Origin: a virus
Length of the DNA: 64,000 bases
Virus record (IMG/VR): IMGVR_UViG_3300047666_001143
Location: 12,219 to 76,218 of that record
Direction: 5' to 3' (one strand)
The notes under the pieces are model-generated. The model saw only the letters and a list, made by a program, of their open reading frames with translations. It was not told the origin of the DNA and searched no databases. Below, piece by piece: positions 8,385-17,805 of this stretch (within the stretch, counting starts at the first letter, position 1; each line of letters begins with the position of its first letter). The position numbers and the translations under genes were made by a program.

Positions 8385-8696
8385 ATGAAAAAAATAACTG
8401 TTAAAGAGTTTGAAAAAGCTGTTAGAATTGTAAAAAAATATTATAAACAATCAAATACTAAAGAAGCTATATTTCAAAGTATAGATAAAAATACTTTAAT
8501 AAAAAATATTAATTCGGGTATTTCAACAAGATTAAAAAATATCCTAGGGGGAATATATGGGGGACTTGAGAATACCACACTAGGAAATTTAGAAGGTCTC
8601 TCAACACATGATTTTATGAGTAAAAGGAATGCAGGTATAAGAACTTTAGTTGAACTTGAAAATTTATGTGATTGTTACAATATTAATCTTATATAG
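8385..8696 (+). CDS. RNA polymerase alpha C-terminal-domain-like protein
   Basis: ISTRLKNIL...TLGNL...S..DFM..RNAGIRTLVEL matches the alpha-CTD pattern LSVRxxNxL...TxGDL...KNxGxKSLxEI. Confidence 0.65.
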   Translation: MKKITVKEFEKAVRIVKKYYKQSNTKEAIFQSIDKNTLIKNINSGISTRLKNILGGIYGGLENTTLGNLEGLSTHDFMSKRNAGIRTLVELENLCDCYNINLI

Positions 8697-8707
8697 AAAA
8701 AATAAAT

Positions 8708-8962
8708 ATGAAAGTTTTACCAAAAAGAAGACCAAGAAGATTAGATTTAGGGATACATTATATTGTAAAATTTCAATGGGGGAATACAATGTTATGTAAA
8801 TTTATACAGCCTACTAAATGTGGTTTTAATTTCTTAAATATAAAGACTAATAAATGTATTTTAAGACAACATTTATACCCTAGTAAATGTGAAAATCATA
8901 TAGGGGAAGATTGGTTTTTTGTAAATGAAACGTTTGAAATAAAAAAGATAAAATTATGTTAG
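8708..8962 (+). CDS. hypothetical protein
   Basis: ORF. Confidence 0.65.
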   Translation: MKVLPKRRPRRLDLGIHYIVKFQWGNTMLCKFIQPTKCGFNFLNIKTNKCILRQHLYPSKCENHIGEDWFFVNETFEIKKIKLC

Positions 8963-9141
8963 GTAGGATATTTAATCGTTGGACAAAGTGGAAAGTGTAT
9001 GAAGAAGATAAAATTATGATAGAAATTACAACTAATCACTTTACTTGGAATCAAAATGAAGTAGAAATATTTTGTGATATTTATAAAAGAGAGAACACAT
9101 ATACAGGAGAAGTTCAATATAAAACAGTTAAGAAATATTAA
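8956..9141 (+). CDS. hypothetical protein
   Basis: ORF. Confidence 0.6.
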   Translation: MLGRIFNRWTKWKVYEEDKIMIEITTNHFTWNQNEVEIFCDIYKRENTYTGEVQYKTVKKY

Positions 9142-9142
9142 T

Positions 9143-9679
9143 ATGAAAGAATTCAGAGAATTTATTTACAATCAACACGATGTTGTGTGTAATCAAAAAT
9201 ATGCAGGTACTTTACCTTACAGTTGTCATTTAGCTTTTGTAGAAGCACAAGGAAGAAAATTTTTGCACTTATTAGACTCTAAAGAATATGCTAATTATAC
9301 AGAAGAAACCGTAGTTTTACATGCTATTATAGCTCATGATTCTATAGAGGATGCTAGGATTACATATAATGATATCCTTAATTTTAACAGCGGCCAATCA
9401 GAATTTTTCAGGAAGAGTGTTGCTGACATTGTATATTGTGTTACAGATGAAAAAGGTAAGTATAGAAAAGAGCGCAAAAATGATAAATATTATGCTGAGT
9501 TAAAGAAAAATAAATTGGCTGTTTTTGTTAAACTTGCGGACCTTGCTGCAAATACTTTGTTTAGTAAATTATCTGGAAGTAGTATGTATGAAAAGTATAA
9601 AAAAGAGTGGCTAAACTTTAAAGCAAAACTTTATATAGAAGAGTATAAAGAATTTTTTGATTATATAGAAAATTTGTAA
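9143..9679 (+). CDS. HD-domain hydrolase, RelA/SpoT hydrolase (MESH1/SAH)-like
   Basis: QKY..LPYSCHL, AHDSIED, VTD, VKLAD..AN; ATG 9143 preferred. Confidence 0.8.
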   Translation: MKEFREFIYNQHDVVCNQKYAGTLPYSCHLAFVEAQGRKFLHLLDSKEYANYTEETVVLHAIIAHDSIEDARITYNDILNFNSGQSEFFRKSVADIVYCVTDEKGKYRKERKNDKYYAELKKNKLAVFVKLADLAANTLFSKLSGSSMYEKYKKEWLNFKAKLYIEEYKEFFDYIENL

Positions 9680-9680
9680 T

Positions 9681-10160
9681 ATGAATAATTACAAAATTTT
9701 AAATATACCTTGTAATTCCGATAAGAAAATTATAAAAATTGCATATCGGAAGTTAGTAAAAATACATCATCCTGATAGAGGAGGTAATAAAGAAGCCTTC
9801 ATTATAATTCAAAAAGCCTATGAGGATTTATTAGATGGTAAATCTGGGGAAGATATATTTAGTAAAAAAGAGGTTGGTAGTTCTATAAGGGTTATATCTA
9901 CTGAAATGGTAGACGGTAGCGCGAAATTTAATTTTAGGTTGTTCTATGTGGATTACATAAATTTTAATAAAAATAAATACCCAATAAAAACTAATGATTA
10001 TGCAGGACATATTCTCGTAACTAAAAAAGAACTAGAGGAACTTAATTATGAAGTTATAATGACTTTTAAAGGTAAAAATGGAAAGTATTTAGAAAAATCG
10101 TGGAGTGTTAAACGACCCCTTACAAAGTGGCAAAAATTCAAAAATATATTTAAAAAGTAG
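9681..10160 (+). CDS. J-domain (DnaJ-like) protein
   Basis: IKIAYRKLVKIHHPDRGG...AYEDL (HPD motif). Confidence 0.85.
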   Translation: MNNYKILNIPCNSDKKIIKIAYRKLVKIHHPDRGGNKEAFIIIQKAYEDLLDGKSGEDIFSKKEVGSSIRVISTEMVDGSAKFNFRLFYVDYINFNKNKYPIKTNDYAGHILVTKKELEELNYEVIMTFKGKNGKYLEKSWSVKRPLTKWQKFKNIFKK

Positions 10161-10163
10161 ACT

Positions 10164-11030
10164 ATGAAAGAATTAATGAACATACCTATTAATGATGATT
10201 TTAATAATGTATTACCTTTAATTGACGATAAATCTATTGATTTAATATTCGCAGATCTCCCATTTAATACTACAAATTGCAAGTGGGATAGGCCTATACC
10301 TTTAAATTGGAATGTAAATGGATTGGAAGAAAAAGATTTTCTAATAGAACAAATGATGCACGGTATTCCATATAAAGAAGTTTTGGAAAACTGGAAAATC
10401 AGGAGGAAAATGGGTTTATGGCAGCATTATAATAGAATAATCAAAGACGATGGTGTCATTTTATTATATGCACAAACTCCTTTTGATAAAGAGCTTGGAA
10501 TGTCAAATAAGAAGAATTTGAGGTATGAGTGGATTTGGGAAAAAACGCAAGCAACTGGTCACTTAAATGCAAATAAGATGCCTATGAAAGCACATGAAAA
10601 CATTTTAGTGTTTTACAAAAACAAACCTCCAAAAGCAAAGGATTTCAAGAGAACTTATAATTACATTAAGACAACTGGTCATTCTCCAGTAAACAGTTAC
10701 ACTAAAAGTATGAAAAATGGTACTGCTGATGGAGAAATTTATGGTAAAACTAAATCTGTTAGTGGTGGAGGTAGTACTGAAAGGTTTCCCAGAAGTGTTT
10801 TGAAGTTTAAATCTGATAAGCAGTTAAGTAAGTTACATTCAACTCAAAAACCCTTGGCTTTAACAGAATATATGATTGAAACTTATTCTAATGAGGGTGA
10901 TATTGTTTTGGATAATTGTGCGGGTTCTTATGTTGTTGCTGAAGCTTCAAATAAACTAAAGAGAAATTGGATTTGCATTGAAAAAGATGAAAAAATACAC
11001 AATAAATCAATTAAAGAAAGAAAATTATGA
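10164..11030 (+). CDS. N4/N6 DNA methyltransferase (beta class)
   Basis: IDLIFADLPF (motif IV variant), HSTQKP, VLDNCAGS (motif I). Confidence 0.85.
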   Translation: MKELMNIPINDDFNNVLPLIDDKSIDLIFADLPFNTTNCKWDRPIPLNWNVNGLEEKDFLIEQMMHGIPYKEVLENWKIRRKMGLWQHYNRIIKDDGVILLYAQTPFDKELGMSNKKNLRYEWIWEKTQATGHLNANKMPMKAHENILVFYKNKPPKAKDFKRTYNYIKTTGHSPVNSYTKSMKNGTADGEIYGKTKSVSGGGSTERFPRSVLKFKSDKQLSKLHSTQKPLALTEYMIETYSNEGDIVLDNCAGSYVVAEASNKLKRNWICIEKDEKIHNKSIKERKL

Positions 11031-11776
11031 AAAAATATAAACACAAAAGTACAGGGCACATTGCAGAGAGATCTTCTATTTGTCAATCTTACGGAATAAT
11101 TAATTCAGCATCAAAAACATACTCAATACCTACATTTGTAATTGAGGGAAGTGATGATTGGGAAGAAGTTATTGAAAAAGATTATGAAATAATATCTTAT
11201 TTAGTTAATAAAAAAATATTTACTGAAAATATTGTTCCTCTTGCTAATAAAACTTATATTAATATCCGCTCAATTAAAAGATTATCTGATGGTGAAGTAT
11301 TTACTGTCGGTGATTTAATTAAAAGAAATGATAACACTGTAAAACTAGAAACAATTGAATTAGATGATATTTGGATGGGAGGTATTGTAATTAATAAAAA
11401 CATAAGACCTAATGGTGGGGAATGTTTAGAAACATTACGAAAAGGTAAGAAACCACTATTCACAACAGAAGATGGTATTGATATTTTTGAAGGTGATTTA
11501 AGTGGTATCTGGGTTGGAGTAAAAAGTTGTCAAGTAAATCAAACTTATTCTAATCAAAGATTACAAGCACCTTATTTTACAGCTTTAAATGAAATGAAAA
11601 CTAATAAATATTATAAAAGGTTTTCAACAAAAGAAGCTGCTGAAGAATATATATTAATGAACAAACCTTGTTTATCTTTAAATGATATAGATCAAATGTT
11701 TGATAATACTTCTGCTTATAGATACGATCAGACGGAATACTTAAAAAATATAGTTAAAATAAAAACAAGATTATAA
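11027..11776 (+). CDS. hypothetical protein
   Basis: ORF with two DG-x-x-F-x-x-GD-like segments. Confidence 0.65.
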   Translation: MKKYKHKSTGHIAERSSICQSYGIINSASKTYSIPTFVIEGSDDWEEVIEKDYEIISYLVNKKIFTENIVPLANKTYINIRSIKRLSDGEVFTVGDLIKRNDNTVKLETIELDDIWMGGIVINKNIRPNGGECLETLRKGKKPLFTTEDGIDIFEGDLSGIWVGVKSCQVNQTYSNQRLQAPYFTALNEMKTNKYYKRFSTKEAAEEYILMNKPCLSLNDIDQMFDNTSAYRYDQTEYLKNIVKIKTRL

Positions 11777-12090
11777 TGGAGAAATTACATAGAAAGAAAA
11801 TTAAAGATAGATTTACTGCTTTTGAAAATGTAATTACAGGTTCCATGTTAGTCATAGATAATAAAGAAAAAAGAACTTTATCTATTGTGGAAGCAGAGAT
11901 TATTTGTCAAGATGAGTATGGGGAACATTTTTCTGCTAAATCGGAGTTTATATCTAATGTAATGGATTCTTTAATTGCAGGAATAAAACATTATAATACT
12001 GTATGTGAAAAAGGTTTTGAAATAACAATTTCTGATATTGTAAATAAATTTAAAGAAGATGAAAAAGGAACACAGAGAGATTTTAGATAA
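11776..12090 (+). CDS. hypothetical protein
   Basis: ORF. Confidence 0.65.
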   Translation: MEKLHRKKIKDRFTAFENVITGSMLVIDNKEKRTLSIVEAEIICQDEYGEHFSAKSEFISNVMDSLIAGIKHYNTVCEKGFEITISDIVNKFKEDEKGTQRDFR

Positions 12091-12277
12091 AATAGAGGAA
12101 TACTTAGAACAACCAGGTGCAGAACATTTGAGATTTTGGCAAGCCATGAGAAACTGCAACTTAATTGAATTTAAAGAGGTAAAGGTTCACAATGACTCTC
12201 AGTGGAATGAGTTTATTCCTGTTGATGATTATAATATAGCAGATGAAAAATTGTTAAAAAGGATTGAAGATGTATAA
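12059..12277 (+). CDS. hypothetical protein
   Basis: ORF. Confidence 0.6.
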   Translation: MKKEHREILDKIEEYLEQPGAEHLRFWQAMRNCNLIEFKEVKVHNDSQWNEFIPVDDYNIADEKLLKRIEDV

Positions 12278-12716
12278 GATTCTTGTGTGTGGATCCAGAG
12301 ATATAAAGGATCAGGAGTTTGTATTTAAGAAATTGGATTTTCTTTTATCTAATAAAGATTTATCTTCGGTTGTTTTGATTCACGGCGACCAAAAATCGTT
12401 TGATCGACATTTGGAAATGAACTTCGGAGCAGATTATTTCGCTAAGTTGTGGGCTTTGTTGAAAGGAGTCAAGCAAATTCCTTTTCCTGCACCTTGGGAA
12501 GGACTAGAAGATACTCCTAAGAAACTTTTGAAGAAAAATAAAACAGGGAATATGTATTGGCCTGGAGCTGGAATGTATCGAAACAAACAAATGGCCAATG
12601 AAGATTTAGATGCTTGTGTGGCATTTTTAGGTAGGAATTCCAAAAATGTAGGTACTCTCAATATGTTAAAGTTAGTTAAAGATAAGGATATAATAATTAA
12701 AAAGTATTACATTTGA
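12270..12716 (+). CDS. SLOG-superfamily (YspA/DUF2493-like) protein
   Basis: ILVCGSR, LIHGD, GAD, AGMYRNKQMA, GT.NM. Confidence 0.8.
   Translation: MYKILVCGSRDIKDQEFVFKKLDFLLSNKDLSSVVLIHGDQKSFDRHLEMNFGADYFAKLWALLKGVKQIPFPAPWEGLEDTPKKLLKKNKTGNMYWPGAGMYRNKQMANEDLDACVAFLGRNSKNVGTLNMLKLVKDKDIIIKKYYI
12708..12715 (+). promoter_or_regulatory. -7 box, leaderless start
   Basis: TACATTTG-ACGT-ATG(12720). Confidence 0.55.
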
Positions 12717-12719
12717 CGT

Positions 12720-12998
12720 ATGGAAAAACAAAAAATATTTAATAGTATAGAAGAGGTACTTAATAGTTATGATAAAGATGATGCTGATGTGGTATTAGGT
12801 TTAATACCATTTTTCTTCGGTGCCTCTTGGGAGGAATTTACAAGGAGTTATAATATATTGGGAGATAGTACTAAGCATCCTGATTTTCAGTTTATATTGG
12901 CAGATAGGATAGATTATTATTTAGAAGAAACTAAGTTTAAAGATATTGATTTAGATCTCATTTGTGAGGTTGTTGAAAATAAGTATGGTACATTATAA
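12720..12998 (+). CDS. hypothetical protein
   Basis: ORF. Confidence 0.65.
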   Translation: MEKQKIFNSIEEVLNSYDKDDADVVLGLIPFFFGASWEEFTRSYNILGDSTKHPDFQFILADRIDYYLEETKFKDIDLDLICEVVENKYGTL

Positions 12999-13010
12999 AA
13001 CATTTGACAT

Positions 13011-13172
13011 ATGGAAGAATTTATAGATGAGTGTATATCAAGTGGTAAAGTAGTTAGTGGTTATGAATATTTAAATTTATCCATTGTGACTATAATTAAA
13101 ATAGAAGAAGTTTTATACACTTGTAATGATACTGAAGCTAGAAAGAAAATTTTAAAACTGTTAAAAGTATAA
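13011..13172 (+). CDS. small hypothetical protein (53 aa), not in ORF track
   Basis: MEEFIDECISSG...LLKV*; fills the gap exactly. Confidence 0.6.
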   Translation: MEEFIDECISSGKVVSGYEYLNLSIVTIIKIEEVLYTCNDTEARKKILKLLKV

Positions 13173-13173
13173 A

Positions 13174-13647
13174 ATGCTTATAACAGTTACCTCAGATGCT
13201 TCTTTTGACACTCATTCTAATAAGGCAGGTTATGGTTTTCTTATATCTTGCAATGCAGGAAGGTATTCAAAATCAGGTTCTTTGGAAACTGCTAAAAATA
13301 TAACTGAGGCTGAACTTATGGCCATAGCAAATTCTTTGCATTATATTGTAAATCATAAAGAGTTATGGGGTGTATCTAAAATTATCTTTAATGTTGATTT
13401 TATTGCCGCCCAAGAATTTATATTCAAGCCTGGAGGGACCAGTAAAAGTAAAAAGAAAGTTGCAGGAAAAAGATACAGGCAGATAGTCGGTAAAATAACA
13501 GATTATATTGGGATACTGAGAAAAGAGTATAAAGGAGTTCAATTTGAGTTTCGACATGTTAAGGCCCATACAAAAGATGAAAGTACAAGAAGCAAAGCAA
13601 ATAAATTTGTAGATAAATTAGCTGTTGAAGCTAGAAAAAATAAGTGA
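13174..13647 (+). CDS. ribonuclease H-like protein
   Basis: TSDAS, AELMAI, NVD, HVKAH...NKFVDKLA. Confidence 0.85.
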   Translation: MLITVTSDASFDTHSNKAGYGFLISCNAGRYSKSGSLETAKNITEAELMAIANSLHYIVNHKELWGVSKIIFNVDFIAAQEFIFKPGGTSKSKKKVAGKRYRQIVGKITDYIGILRKEYKGVQFEFRHVKAHTKDESTRSKANKFVDKLAVEARKNK

Positions 13648-13649
13648 TT

Positions 13650-13901
13650 ATGAAAGATGAAAATTTACAAGAAGACGGCCTTGGTTATATCTATTATGAA
13701 CACTCACAATTCCCTTTGCGAATTGTTATAGAGAAGTCAACGAAGATTATAAAAGTCGAGGTAATAAAATATTACAAAGGTCAGGAAATGAAAAAGCTAA
13801 CCAAACAAAGTAAGATACTCAATACAATGTCCAAAGAACAAGTGGAAGATTACATATTAGATGTAGTATATTTGTTTTTAGATGGTAAAAAAGACAAATA
13901 A
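13650..13901 (+). CDS. hypothetical protein
   Basis: ORF. Confidence 0.6.
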   Translation: MKDENLQEDGLGYIYYEHSQFPLRIVIEKSTKIIKVEVIKYYKGQEMKKLTKQSKILNTMSKEQVEDYILDVVYLFLDGKKDK

Positions 13902-13902
13902 T

Positions 13903-14556
13903 ATGAACAGTTCTTTTATTGACAAAGTACTTCACAGAGAATTTCAACTTCATAAGTACCAATTGTCAAATAGCTTTATTTACAACGAAGAGTCAGATTT
14001 CTTTTCCATGACTGCTTCTGGTTATGCACAAGAAATAGAAGTAAAAGTGAGCCGTTCTGATTTTAAAGCAGATTTTAAGAAGTACAAACATGCAAGTTTT
14101 AAACAATTAATCTCTGGTCAAAAATACGTTGTTAAAAAAGGCTACATTACTTGGAAAGTCAAAGAACCAATTATGATAAACTTTGTTGGTGAAGATGGTA
14201 AAGGGGTTTACGTGGAAGATAAATATGGCAGAAAGAGGCCTAAAACAGTTCCTTCGGGAAAATTCAGAGAATATACAAGTATGGGGAAACCTAATAAAAG
14301 CTTTGAATCTCAGGCAATTTCAACTGGTATTAGGATATTTAAACCTATTTTACCTAATAAATTTTGGTTTGCCGTTCCTGAAAACTTGATACCCCTAGAT
14401 GAAATTCCTGATTATGCAGGTCTCTATTACATTACCGAAGGAGGTAAACTTAAAATCATAAAGAGAGCTCCTTTTATTCATAAAGAAAAACACAATATAA
14501 ACAAGGTACTATTGGATAAGTTTTATTATCTTAGCCTTAAATTAAAAAGTAGATGA
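13903..14556 (+). CDS. PD-(D/E)XK nuclease-like protein (MmcB-like)
   Basis: ESDF...EIEVKVSRSDFKAD...NKFWFAVP...PDYAGL. Confidence 0.65.
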   Translation: MNSSFIDKVLHREFQLHKYQLSNSFIYNEESDFFSMTASGYAQEIEVKVSRSDFKADFKKYKHASFKQLISGQKYVVKKGYITWKVKEPIMINFVGEDGKGVYVEDKYGRKRPKTVPSGKFREYTSMGKPNKSFESQAISTGIRIFKPILPNKFWFAVPENLIPLDEIPDYAGLYYITEGGKLKIIKRAPFIHKEKHNINKVLLDKFYYLSLKLKSR

Positions 14557-15074
14557 ATATGAAAGCATATGAATTAAACTTAGATAAAATAGAAGAAGGT
14601 TATAGATACGATTCTGTAATTGCATACGGAGAAACTAGGGGTAAAGCTAAGTCTAAAATATGGGAAGAAATAGAAAATTATGGTTATGGTCCTTTATACT
14701 TTGATGGGGAATTAACTTTTTTAAATTTACCAATTAGAAGAGCTAAAGAATATGATAAAATTGAGTTTGAAGGGAAACTAAAAACAAAAAGAGAAATCGA
14801 AGAGATTGAAGTTGATAGAAAAAGAATTGCTAAATTAAATAGTTTTCTAAATAATACTGAAATAACTCATTGCTATATACAAAAAGGCTCTTACTATAGA
14901 CCTGGGAGTTGTGGTTATACTTCTTTTAAAAGTCGTGCTGGTGTTTATACAATAAAGGAGGGAGTTAGTCATGCAAGAAGTTGTGAAGATATTTGGTTGG
15001 AGATAATTGATATAAATGAGCACAATAAAATGCTCAAGGATGAAATTGAATCTTTAAAAAGTAGATTGGTATGA
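14553..15074 (+). CDS. hypothetical protein
   Basis: ORF with a YYRPxxxGYT...AGVY segment. Confidence 0.65.
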   Translation: MNMKAYELNLDKIEEGYRYDSVIAYGETRGKAKSKIWEEIENYGYGPLYFDGELTFLNLPIRRAKEYDKIEFEGKLKTKREIEEIEVDRKRIAKLNSFLNNTEITHCYIQKGSYYRPGSCGYTSFKSRAGVYTIKEGVSHARSCEDIWLEIIDINEHNKMLKDEIESLKSRLV

Positions 15075-17119
15075 ATTTAGATAATTTAATGGTGGCCGAT
15101 ATTGAGGCAAAAGGACTTCTTAACGATGTTCATACTGAAGAAGATTTTCATGTACTTTCAATGGGTTATAAGGACTCTAAAGGTAAATGGCATATAAAGT
15201 CAACAGATAACAAAGAAGATGTCTTAAAAGTGTTTGAAGATCCCTCTAATGTTATCGTAGGACATTACTTTATACCCTATGATGCTCCTGCTCTTGAAAA
15301 AATGCTCAATTTTAAAATTAAGGCTACAATTATTGATTCCTTAGCTATAAGTTGGTATTTACACAACACACAAAATAAGCATGGCCTTGAATTTTACGGA
15401 GAGAGTTATGGAGTTCCAAAAGTAAAAATTCAAGAGGAAGAATGGGCAGGACCAATGCCTGGTGAAACTCTAGTTGAATTTAAGGCTAAAATGAAATCTA
15501 GGTGTGAGACTGATGTTAAGATTAATATTAATTTATGGACAGAACAATTAGCTTATCTTAGAAAGATTTATGACTCTGATGAAGAAATAATAAGAATTAT
15601 AAAATATTTAAACTTTATAATGCAATGTTATAGAGAGCAAGAAAAGCAAAAAATACAAGTTGACATTGATAAAGTTAATAAGAACTTAAAACATTTTGAG
15701 TCTTTAAAAGAAGAAAAGTTCTTGGCTCTTCAAAAAGCCATGCCAAGAGTTCCTGAAATTACTACTAAAAATAAACCAAAAATACTCTATAAGAAAGATA
15801 GTTCTATGAGTGCAGCTCATATTAAGTGGCTTGATTTTTTATTAGCTTGTAAACTTTCAGAGGAAACAGAGGGGCCAGTAGAATATATAAAAGGTTATAA
15901 AATTTCCAATCCTAACTCAGTGAAACAAAAAAAAGAGTGGCTTTATTCTTTAGGTTGGAAGCCCCAAACTTTTGTTTACAATAGGGATAAAGATACAGGA
16001 AAAACAGATAAAGTAGAGCAAATATTGACTACTGATAAAGATTTATGTCCAAGTATTATAAAACTTATAGATAAAGAACCTGCAATAAAACATTTAGAAG
16101 GAATGAGTATACTTACTCATAGAATTGGTATCTTTAAAGGCCTATTGAAAAACTCTAATGAAAATGGATTTGTAGTTCAAGGCTTATATCAATTGGCTAA
16201 TTCTTTAAGGTGGCAACATTCTGTTATTGTTAATTTTCCAAGAGTCACAGGAAGAGGAGATATTGCAGATGGAAAATGGATTAGAGAATGCCTTATTGCA
16301 GGAAAAGGTTATAAATTTGTGCAAAGTGATTTAAGTGGAATTGAGTCAAGGACTTCTGATCATTATACTTTTCATTTGAATCCAGAGCTTATAGAGGAGA
16401 CTTCTAAACCTTATTTTGATCCGCATACAAAAATTGCTGTTGTAAGTAATCTTATGACCAAAGATGAAGAAGTATGGTTTAAGTGGAAAAAAGAAAATAG
16501 TGAGAGAATTAAAAAGGGTTTAAAAGAATTACCACCAGAGACTTTTGGAGAATTATCAGAAGATTTTGAGTATATAAGAAACTATTTTGGTGAAGATTTT
16601 AAAAAACTTATGAATAAGCTTAAAGAAGCTAGAAGTAAAGGAAAGACTACTAACTATGCATCTCTTTACCTTGTTGGGGCTGCCACTTTGAGTAGAAATT
16701 TAGGTATATCTAAAACAGAAGCTAAAAGTCTTATTGATGCATATTGGGAAATTCACTGGGCGGTAAAAGAAGCTGCAAGTAAATTTAAAATTAAAACTGT
16801 TAATGGACAAATGTGGATATACTGTCCTATATCTAGGTTCTGGCACCCAATTAGGTACGAAAAAGATGCATTTTCTGTTGTCAACCAATCAAGTGCTGTA
16901 TACTGTTTTAATATATGGTTATACAATATAACACAACAAGGTGTTTGGCCTATACTTCAGACACATGATGATGAATTACTAAGATGTAAAGAAGAAGATA
17001 TACAAAAGTACATAGATATTACAAACGAAGCTATGAACAAGCTTAATAAGCAATTAAAATTAAATGTAGAACTTGCTTGTGAAGTTCAGGTAGGAGATAA
17101 TTTTGCAGAGACTCATTAA
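15071..17119 (+). CDS. polA: family A DNA polymerase with 3'-5' exonuclease
   Basis: Exonuclease DIE, HYFIPYD, CETDV; motif A DLSGIESR; motif B RSKGKTTNYASLY; motif C THDDE. Confidence 0.9.
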   Translation: MNLDNLMVADIEAKGLLNDVHTEEDFHVLSMGYKDSKGKWHIKSTDNKEDVLKVFEDPSNVIVGHYFIPYDAPALEKMLNFKIKATIIDSLAISWYLHNTQNKHGLEFYGESYGVPKVKIQEEEWAGPMPGETLVEFKAKMKSRCETDVKININLWTEQLAYLRKIYDSDEEIIRIIKYLNFIMQCYREQEKQKIQVDIDKVNKNLKHFESLKEEKFLALQKAMPRVPEITTKNKPKILYKKDSSMSAAHIKWLDFLLACKLSEETEGPVEYIKGYKISNPNSVKQKKEWLYSLGWKPQTFVYNRDKDTGKTDKVEQILTTDKDLCPSIIKLIDKEPAIKHLEGMSILTHRIGIFKGLLKNSNENGFVVQGLYQLANSLRWQHSVIVNFPRVTGRGDIADGKWIRECLIAGKGYKFVQSDLSGIESRTSDHYTFHLNPELIEETSKPYFDPHTKIAVVSNLMTKDEEVWFKWKKENSERIKKGLKELPPETFGELSEDFEYIRNYFGEDFKKLMNKLKEARSKGKTTNYASLYLVGAATLSRNLGISKTEAKSLIDAYWEIHWAVKEAASKFKIKTVNGQMWIYCPISRFWHPIRYEKDAFSVVNQSSAVYCFNIWLYNITQQGVWPILQTHDDELLRCKEEDIQKYIDITNEAMNKLNKQLKLNVELACEVQVGDNFAETH

Positions 17120-17123
17120 TCTT

Positions 17124-17168
17124 TTAACATTTTATTAAGATGTTATGGTGATTAAGTTACTATATTTG
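17124..17168 (+). promoter_or_regulatory. promoter with TTAA-N7-TTAA
   Basis: TTAA-CATTTTA-TTAA 17124-17138; TATATTTG 17161-17168 (same 22-nt spacing as the 1374 site). Confidence 0.75.
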
Positions 17169-17229
17169 CAGTGTAGGTTAGTGTGTATCTTTTTTATTTG
17201 GTGCGCCGACTTTTAAAACTAAATAAATT

Positions 17230-17520
17230 ATGAAAATATACGTAGGTAAAAACAAGAAAAAATCAAAAGAAATAAGTTTAAAAAACCTTCTAATGATAGC
17301 TTTTAGTGATGCAAAAGGCTTTAAAAGAGGCAGTGAATTTTCTAATGATACATTAGGTGACAATTCCGCTTCTTGGATAGGTACTAGGCAGTTTAATGAA
17401 AAAGGTGCTGTGGATGTCAATATAGGTTTTGATCCTGAAAACGATAATAAAATACTTAATTTAAAGGTTTGGTTTTCTGAGTTTATATTGGATGAAGATA
17501 ATATGAAAGAAATAATATAA
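17230..17520 (+). CDS. hypothetical protein
   Basis: ORF. Confidence 0.65.
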   Translation: MKIYVGKNKKKSKEISLKNLLMIAFSDAKGFKRGSEFSNDTLGDNSASWIGTRQFNEKGAVDVNIGFDPENDNKILNLKVWFSEFILDEDNMKEII

Positions 17521-17523
17521 ATT

Positions 17524-17802
17524 ATGGATAATTATGCTTGGAACTTAAGTAATACTCAAGAAAAAGAGTATACTGTTGAATTAGAAAAGTTTGAAAAAAC
17601 AGAGCAGAGAATAGAACTAGATAAAATTTTGATAAGAAGTGGCCATTCGTCTACAGGTAGTGTAACTCTATATGATAATATATTATCTACTTTTGAAAAA
17701 TATATGTGGAAATACGGGAGTACAAATATTAAGGTAAAAACAGATTTAGTTGCTCCTCAAATATATAAAGTTGGAATGCACGAAATAGAAATAATATACT
17801 AA
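17524..17802 (+). CDS. hypothetical protein
   Basis: ORF. Confidence 0.65.
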   Translation: MDNYAWNLSNTQEKEYTVELEKFEKTEQRIELDKILIRSGHSSTGSVTLYDNILSTFEKYMWKYGSTNIKVKTDLVAPQIYKVGMHEIEIIY

Positions 17803-17805
17803 ATT

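Noticed and set aside
12666-12679. TTAA-N6-TTAA upstream of the 12708 promoter as an operator
   Set aside because: Spacer is 6 rather than 7 nt and it lies in coding sequence; not counted.
13110-13130. TTATACACTTGT as another attC-like right arm
   Set aside because: Lacks the terminal GTT box and has no matching left arm nearby.
17173-17225. Possible structured RNA in the leader after the polymerase gene (GGTGCGCCGAC)
   Set aside because: Only a weak, G.U-rich hairpin can be drawn and no known motif is recognisable.
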